A stretch of DNA of 47,534 nt from a virus: the IMG/VR virus record IMGVR_UViG_3300024520_000007, positions 1 through 47,534 of that record; one strand, 5' to 3'. The notes below the pieces were generated by a model. That model had not been told where the DNA came from. It worked only from the letters and a program-made list of their open reading frames with translations, and made no database searches. A program made the translations under genes and the position numbers. Numbering within the stretch: position 1 is the stretch's first letter; the number at the start of each line of letters is the position of its first letter. Positions 41,739 to 47,534 of the stretch are shown here, piece after piece.

Positions 41739-44700
41739 ATGGCTGTAATTGAGCAACTGGGAAACCTAGAATACAAGATCACGCTTAACACCACTGAGCT
41801 TGAACGGGGACAGAAAAAAGCGTCTTCCATCATGTCGAGGTTGGATACCAACCTAGGCAGACTTGCCAATCTCACCCTAGCATCTCAAGGTATAACGGCA
41901 TTCTCCAAACGTATTATCAGCATGGGGACTGATGTTATCAAAGCGGCTACTACTATGCAGTCCTTGGAACGTGGGTTGAGGGCGGTTGCTGGTGGAGCGG
42001 CGGCGGCAGATGCCCAGTTGATCGGGTTGCGTGAAGTAGCTAAATTGCCCGGACTTGGGTTACAGGAAGCGGTACAGGGAGCCGTCAACCTTCAAGCGGC
42101 AGGGTTATCAGCAGAACGGGCAACCGATTCACTGAAAGCCTTTGGTAATGCTCTGGCTACCGTAGGGAAAGGCAAAGCTGAACTTGACGGAGTAATACTT
42201 GCACTGACCCAGATGCAAGCTAAAGGAAAGCTCAGTGCCGAAGAAATTAATCAGATTGCAGAACGGGTTCCTCAGATCCGTAGAGTTATGGTGGAAGCAT
42301 TCGGCACAGCCATCCCAAAAGAAATTGAAAAGATGGGGATCAGTGTTGACGACTTCATTGATCGGGTCAATAAACAGTTAATGACATTACCTCAAGTTGT
42401 GGGTGGTGCGGCAAACACGTTTGAGAATCTTGGCGATACCATCTTTGAAGCTAAAACCCGTATCGGAGAATTATTCCTTCCAGCAGTCCTGTCAGCCGCC
42501 GAAGCGTTTGCTTCAGCTTTAGGGGATGTCAACCGAGCCTTAACACCTCTAAGTGACCAAGTAAAATCTGATATAGCCGCATGGGATTCATTGAAAACCC
42601 AGTGGCAAGCCCAAGATACTGAAATCACGAAATTGGTCGGGCAATACAATACTTTGCAGACCCGTTTGAAAGCCATCACCGAAAGCGGTGGTGATACCCA
42701 TGCCGTCCAAGCTGACCTTGAGAGGGTCAATAAGAGCTTGATCGAACTGGTTCCTCAATTGGGTGTTGCTTACGACAAAGAAAAACAAGCACTGGTAGGA
42801 CTGAATGAAACCCTTGAAAGGCATCGGGAAGCCAAAGGCAGAATGCTCAGGATGGCATTTAGGGAGAATCTTGAGAAAACCACCAAGGCAACGAAAGAAG
42901 CTACTGCCGCTGAAAAAATAGCTATAAAGCAACGTGATTTACAGTTGTACATAATGAAAAGGGTGAAAGAGGAAATATATGAAGTAGGGGAAGCAACAGG
43001 TAGGTTTGGTATTGAGATAGCTTTGAATACCGCAACCATGAAAAAAGCAACTACGGTTTCTCAGCTTTACAGAGATGCTAGAGAGGAGTTGGGTCTAACT
43101 GAAGAAGAAACCTCAAAGTCAGAAACCAAATTGAGGGCGGGGTTGAAGGAAAAGCTGGGTCTGGAGCAAGCCTTGGCTCTCCAAATTGGAGCTTCAACCG
43201 ATAAGGTAAACACCTACCGAACAGAGATAGAAAGTTTACAGGGAACGGTCAGGTCTTATGTTGAAACAACAGGCAAAAATAATGTAGAGCAGTTTAATAA
43301 ATTGGTGGACATTTATTCTAGTCTCCATGATGAGCAAGGGAAATTAAAGGAGATCACCCCAGAATATACAACCGCATTGAACAAACTAGCCACTCAAGTA
43401 AATTTAACAGGCACGGCACTGGAACAGGGGTTAGGCGCAAAGATCACGGTAGTGGAAGATAAGTTGGTCGCAGTTACCGAAAAAGATAGGTTTCCGGGGA
43501 TATTCCTTGATGCAGAAATCAAAGTGCCTACCGATGCAGAAATCAGCAAGAAAATTAGAGACTTTACCAGCAAAGTTAAAGACGCTATTGATTTGGTAGC
43601 CACTGAAGCTAAAGATGAAGGGAAGTATGATCCTAAGCAGGTCATGGAGGATCAACTTGATACTCTGAAATCGATGCTCAAAGCTGAAGGCATAACTGAA
43701 GCACAGCTTAAAAAAGAATACACGGCAATCTATACGGCACGGGCTAACCTGAGACATAACCTCAAGACAATTAATGACGGGATAGCCAAAGCGCAAGCGG
43801 ATAAAGAAATAGCCGAAAAAGCACGGGCAGATCAGGCGAATACTGCAAGTGGTAACGCCTACAACGCAATGATTAAAGGCTGGCATGAGGCAGAAGTCAA
43901 GGGAGCGGGAGAAGCCGCTACTGCTTTGATGGGTATCGTTGAGGGGAAAATTGATGACCATAAAGAACTAGAAGAAGGGTTGAATGACGTCATCTTGGGA
44001 TACCAAAACGCTACCACGACAGGGCAAGTTGACGCTTTAGACGCCCAGTTTAATGCTTTGAAAGAGCAACACCCTGAGACGTTACTGGAAGTAGCTCGTT
44101 TCCACGGCTTACAGGATGACGCTGATGAAGCCCGTGCCAATGCCCGAATTAAGTACAACAAAGATGCAGACAATAAAATCCTCGAAGATACCGAAGACTT
44201 TATCAATGACAGGGTCGAAGATGAGGAAGATGCCGCCGTCCTGAGGAAAAAGATAATCGACGATCTTGCATTGAAAGAAGCAAATGTAATGGCGGCGTAC
44301 ATAAAAGCATGGGATGAAGTTGGTAGTGCGGTCGTGGATCTGGCGTATCTTATAGACACGGATTTGGGGCAAAGTATGGAAACGGCTCTTATGGTAGGGG
44401 GGGCGTTCTTGGACACATGGCACGCTGTTAATTTGGCGATGGCGGGTGCTGGAACTTGGTGGACAGTAGCCGCAAAAGGGATTACGTTTGCCGCTAGTAT
44501 CGCTTCTATCGTTTTCGGTGAGAGTAAAAGTGCGGCTAAACGAAGGGAATTGTTTGAAGATTTGGAGAAGATTAAAGGTGAAGTTTCAGATTTGCGTAGC
44601 AGGGCAAGGGTAGGAGATAGTTGGGTAGATAGGTTCTTTGATCCAAAGAAAATCAAAGCGGCTGAAGAAGCATTAGCAACGGCATGGGACAGATTCCATA

Positions 44701-45563
44701 ATATCAGGGGTGATCTTGCCTTGAATCAAGATGAATGGGATCGATTGTTTCAAACAAGGCAAAATGCGTGGAAGGCGGCATCAAGAGAATTAGACAAAGT
44801 ACGGGAAGAAGAAGCAAGGAAAGAAATAATTTCAGCAGAAAACGAAAAGCTCCTACTCAAGCAAAGAATCGCCGAGATTGAAGGGTTGACAAGTGATTTA
44901 ACAGGAACAATCACTGATTCCTTGATTGAAGGAATGGATGAATTTGGGGGAGGATGGCAAAATGTCCAAGATGCTATATCCTCCAACCTAAGCAGGGCTA
45001 TCTTTAAAGGCATCGTCGATGCTCAAGTATCAAAACATCAGCTAGAACCTCTGGTTGAAAGATATGTAGCATTTTTGACTGATGCTATTTCGGGGCCAAG
45101 TGGGGAGCTTAATTGGCAAGAAAATCAGACCCTTAGGCAAATGGAAGGGGATATTCGTTTAGCGGCAACACGGATTAAAAACAATACGGAAGCGTTACTG
45201 AATGAAGCGTGGGATTTTAATTGGGAAGATGTTTCCCCAGACGAAGAAGACCTTGCTGATATCACTCCCTCTATTATACCCACTATAGATGTTCCCGAAA
45301 CGTCTACAGGGTTGACCACCAGTATCCGCAACATTACCCGTTCCCAAGCTGATGCGCTGTCAGCCGTATTCTCCAACATCTCAGCCATTAACGGAAGAAT
45401 AGCCGATAACACTTTACGGACAGCCGATTTGTTGGAAACTTATTTGCCTTCCATCTCAGGAGGGGGAATGATGGTGCAGTCAACGGATGTGGGAGGGGCA
45501 AGTTGGGTAGATCCAGCTTACGAAGCAATGATGCTTCAAAACGCTAACAGGGCAAATGGATAA
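41739..45563 (+). CDS. Tape measure protein (1274 aa)
   Basis: Length, long coiled-coil content, hydrophobic segment MVGGAFLDTWHAVNLAMAGAGTWWTVAAKGITFAASIASIVFG, and position. Confidence 0.9.
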   Translation: MAVIEQLGNLEYKITLNTTELERGQKKASSIMSRLDTNLGRLANLTLASQGITAFSKRIISMGTDVIKAATTMQSLERGLRAVAGGAAAADAQLIGLREVAKLPGLGLQEAVQGAVNLQAAGLSAERATDSLKAFGNALATVGKGKAELDGVILALTQMQAKGKLSAEEINQIAERVPQIRRVMVEAFGTAIPKEIEKMGISVDDFIDRVNKQLMTLPQVVGGAANTFENLGDTIFEAKTRIGELFLPAVLSAAEAFASALGDVNRALTPLSDQVKSDIAAWDSLKTQWQAQDTEITKLVGQYNTLQTRLKAITESGGDTHAVQADLERVNKSLIELVPQLGVAYDKEKQALVGLNETLERHREAKGRMLRMAFRENLEKTTKATKEATAAEKIAIKQRDLQLYIMKRVKEEIYEVGEATGRFGIEIALNTATMKKATTVSQLYRDAREELGLTEEETSKSETKLRAGLKEKLGLEQALALQIGASTDKVNTYRTEIESLQGTVRSYVETTGKNNVEQFNKLVDIYSSLHDEQGKLKEITPEYTTALNKLATQVNLTGTALEQGLGAKITVVEDKLVAVTEKDRFPGIFLDAEIKVPTDAEISKKIRDFTSKVKDAIDLVATEAKDEGKYDPKQVMEDQLDTLKSMLKAEGITEAQLKKEYTAIYTARANLRHNLKTINDGIAKAQADKEIAEKARADQANTASGNAYNAMIKGWHEAEVKGAGEAATALMGIVEGKIDDHKELEEGLNDVILGYQNATTTGQVDALDAQFNALKEQHPETLLEVARFHGLQDDADEARANARIKYNKDADNKILEDTEDFINDRVEDEEDAAVLRKKIIDDLALKEANVMAAYIKAWDEVGSAVVDLAYLIDTDLGQSMETALMVGGAFLDTWHAVNLAMAGAGTWWTVAAKGITFAASIASIVFGESKSAAKRRELFEDLEKIKGEVSDLRSRARVGDSWVDRFFDPKKIKAAEEALATAWDRFHNIRGDLALNQDEWDRLFQTRQNAWKAASRELDKVREEEARKEIISAENEKLLLKQRIAEIEGLTSDLTGTITDSLIEGMDEFGGGWQNVQDAISSNLSRAIFKGIVDAQVSKHQLEPLVERYVAFLTDAISGPSGELNWQENQTLRQMEGDIRLAATRIKNNTEALLNEAWDFNWEDVSPDEEDLADITPSIIPTIDVPETSTGLTTSIRNITRSQADALSAVFSNISAINGRIADNTLRTADLLETYLPSISGGGMMVQSTDVGGASWVDPAYEAMMLQNANRANG

Positions 45564-45574
45564 AGGAGTAACAA

Positions 45575-47534
45575 ATGGCATTCAAAGATAACGCTTCTGC
45601 CGTTACCCGCTTAAACGATTACAACCTTCGTGACTTGGGTGGGTCGGCATCATTTGAAGTTCAAACGATTAGTGGTAGAGGGTTAGCACCGACCCGTGAC
45701 CGAGAACTCCAGTTTCCGGGCGAAGTAGGCGCAAGGAATTACGGTTCATTCCCCGCCGTACGGAGAATCGAAGTCACGGGACTTTTGTATGCCAATACAC
45801 AACCTGATTTCCGTATAGGATTGGATAAGCTGAAGGAGTTGTGCCGTAACAGGATCAAGCTGAACGAGGTCTTGTACGGCGAGGTGGAAGCGCAAACATT
45901 ATGGTTCGCTGATGAAGGGGTAGTGCATGAAGGCACAGCGCAAGCGGGAGCCACTACCACCATTACACTGGATACCTCAGCCAGTTCTACCGACGATTAT
46001 TACAACGATATGGAAGTGGAAATTATCGGTGGCACGGGTGACGGGCAAGTCAGGAAGATTACTGATTACACGGGATCAAGCCGAGTGGCTACCATCGCAC
46101 CATTATTCGCTACCACGCCCGATAGCACCTCACAGTTCTGGATACGGGATAACCGTTACTATCTGGTGAATTATAGCGGCACGATGAATGAAACCCGTAT
46201 CACCAACCAGTGGATGCGAACAGGGTTCTCCAACGTAACATTACCTTTCAAAGCCGTGATGCCGTTTGCTGTAAGTGATTGGAAAAAGCAGAATATAGCT
46301 TCTGTGAATGGGGGAGACTTCCAAGCCATTGAAACGGGTACGGCTCCATCATATCCACGATACGAAATCAAAGGGGGCGGGGCATCTTCCACCAACCCTG
46401 CAATCATAGAAACCACTACAGCCTTCCAATCAAATTTCAATGCCGCCCAAGGTACAGGCATCGCCAACACGGCAATCACGCCATCTGTATCGACAGGTAT
46501 CAAGCACCAATCAGGCAAGTTGAATCAAGCGATAGAGTTTGACGGGAGTACTACCGCACCTGATAAGTTTGAGGTGTTGCCAAAATCCGCAGTTCGTATT
46601 CGGACTTTAGGGGGGCAAGCCGCTACGTCTATTGCCGACACCATCAACCTCAATCAAGGCACATTAGCATTTTGGGTTAAGCGCAATAATGATTGGGGGA
46701 CAGGAACGGAATATTTTTACTCAAACTACGGCACATGGGGGATGTCATTCTTTATCAGAAATAATGCAGGTTCCGGTATCCAGTTTCTTCTCAATGATGG
46801 GGCAGGTGGCGGCGGCATACAATCCGTCAGCACGGCAACCATGACGGCAGGGGCATGGTATTACATCGTTGCAAGATGGGATCAACGCCGAACAGGATTC
46901 AGCACGGCATACAGCACGGCATACACGGCACTGGCAGTTTATGACAGTGCTGGCAGTTTGGTCGGGCAAGGAAATAACGCCATTCAACCATACTTAGCAG
47001 GGAATAACACCAACACTATTGAAATCTCATCTATTGGTGCTTTTTATTATTGGGTAAGTGGGGAAAACTCAGAAAATTTCAAAGGGCAAATAGATGATTT
47101 CGCACAATGGGATCGACCTCTTACCGATTCAGAAATCACCACACTGGTCAACGGCGGCACGGGAGCCAGAGCCGATTCCGTTGGTTCCTCAGACCTGATA
47201 TATTACTCGGATTTTGATGGCACGGTTGGCACTGATATGGTGAATCCGATAGCGTCCAGTAATGTGGATACGGCATATGCTTCAGTTACCACCACCACCG
47301 CAGTCACAGTAAACGGAAACGGTGATAAGATCTTCGCTGATAACGACAGGATTGTGCTTTATGACGAGACAGGATATAAGGTTCAAGGAGCGGTAAACGG
47401 AACAGCCACCACCACCAACGTGCCGATAGATAACTTGGCAGGGGGAGCGGTGACGGATGCTGATAAGGTTGGGGTACACGCTACCGCTAGTTGGTCGTAT
47501 AGTAATAAATTCGGCGCAAACGCTCAACAAGTGG
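45575..47534 (+). CDS. Distal tail protein (Dit)-like, N-terminal part; the ORF runs off the window end and continues at 1..2466
   Basis: ATG 45575 follows aaaggagtaaca RBS, 11 nt after the tape-measure stop. I found no in-frame stop to 47534. The frame matches 1..2466 once the 127-nt overlap is collapsed (about 1432 aa in total). The N-terminus MAFKDNASAVTRLNDYNLRDLGG...RRIEVTGLLY is Dit-like. It is followed by a LamG-like module ending QIDDFAQWDRPLTDSEI. Confidence 0.8.
   Translation, partial: MAFKDNASAVTRLNDYNLRDLGGSASFEVQTISGRGLAPTRDRELQFPGEVGARNYGSFPAVRRIEVTGLLYANTQPDFRIGLDKLKELCRNRIKLNEVLYGEVEAQTLWFADEGVVHEGTAQAGATTTITLDTSASSTDDYYNDMEVEIIGGTGDGQVRKITDYTGSSRVATIAPLFATTPDSTSQFWIRDNRYYLVNYSGTMNETRITNQWMRTGFSNVTLPFKAVMPFAVSDWKKQNIASVNGGDFQAIETGTAPSYPRYEIKGGGASSTNPAIIETTTAFQSNFNAAQGTGIANTAITPSVSTGIKHQSGKLNQAIEFDGSTTAPDKFEVLPKSAVRIRTLGGQAATSIADTINLNQGTLAFWVKRNNDWGTGTEYFYSNYGTWGMSFFIRNNAGSGIQFLLNDGAGGGGIQSVSTATMTAGAWYYIVARWDQRRTGFSTAYSTAYTALAVYDSAGSLVGQGNNAIQPYLAGNNTNTIEISSIGAFYYWVSGENSENFKGQIDDFAQWDRPLTDSEITTLVNGGTGARADSVGSSDLIYYSDFDGTVGTDMVNPIASSNVDTAYASVTTTTAVTVNGNGDKIFADNDRIVLYDETGYKVQGAVNGTATTTNVPIDNLAGGAVTDADKVGVHATASWSYSNKFGANAQQV
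47408..47534. repeat. Terminal direct repeat, copy 2
   Basis: Identical to 1..127. Confidence 0.95.

Noticed and set aside
43431-44656. Long minus-strand ORFs inside the tape measure gene (43859..44656, 43431..43961). Similar cases are antisense to the oxygenase (24744..25316, 25461..26009), the GT fusion (35367..35942) and the tail-tip gene.
   Set aside because: They are antisense to genes with strong domain evidence and have no RBS. Their composition is Ser/Leu/Arg-rich, as is typical of antisense frames. The rest of the genome is unidirectional.
1-47534. Search for lysogeny functions, tRNAs, a reverse transcriptase/DGR linked to the lectin-rich tail proteins, and toxin-antitoxin pairs
   Set aside because: No ORF shows tyrosine or serine recombinase motifs. 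No T-loop-like GTTCRANYC within a cloverleaf context was seen. There is no RT motif (YxDD) ORF and no template/variable repeat pair near the LamG/CBM modules. Absence judged by eye is not proof.

Overview
The window is a complete tailed-phage genome of siphovirus type. Its first 127 nt are identical to its last 127 nt, so the unique length is 47,407 bp. All supported genes except one are on the + strand.

Layout in window coordinates:
- 45575..47534 continuing into 1..2466: a Dit-like distal tail protein that crosses the window junction.
- 2467..5817: a Tal-like tail-tip protein of 1116 aa.
- 5.8-8.2 kb: small membrane or unknown genes and a staphylococcal-nuclease homolog.
- 8502..8858: the only leftward gene, an HTH regulator, facing three near-identical sigma70-type early promoters.
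- 9-16.7 kb: small early genes (DUF932-like, J-domain, ArdA-like, Rad52/Sak-like, HTH proteins).
- 16.7-18.5 kb: an AT-rich noncoding block and a replication-initiator-like gene with internal iterons.
- 18.7-22.3 kb: nuclease and HNH genes and a lysis cassette.
- 22.6 kb onward, the late operon: TerS-like, ParB-methyltransferase, a GNAT-like/AspH-like oxygenase fusion, a short PLP fold-II enzyme, TerL, portal, MuF, scaffold, major capsid, a cytidylyltransferase plus a GT4-methyltransferase-GT2 fusion, connectors, tail tube, a G/GT chaperone with a -1 slippery site, and the tape measure.

I found no integrase, tRNA, CRISPR array or reverse transcriptase.

The strongest hunt result is five intergenic copies of a double-pseudoknot RNA. 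Its core matches the twister self-cleaving ribozyme position for position, and covariation among the copies supports both pseudoknots. Each copy sits between a stop codon and the next conserved RBS.

Other notable items:
- A conserved start-associated sequence (AAGGAGAGAATCA-ATG) on at least 11 early genes.
- An enzyme triad inserted between the TerS-like gene and TerL.
- A sugar-activation and glycosyltransfer module inside the head gene block.
- A lectin-module-expanded Dit.

All domain calls come from motifs read by eye. No searches were run.
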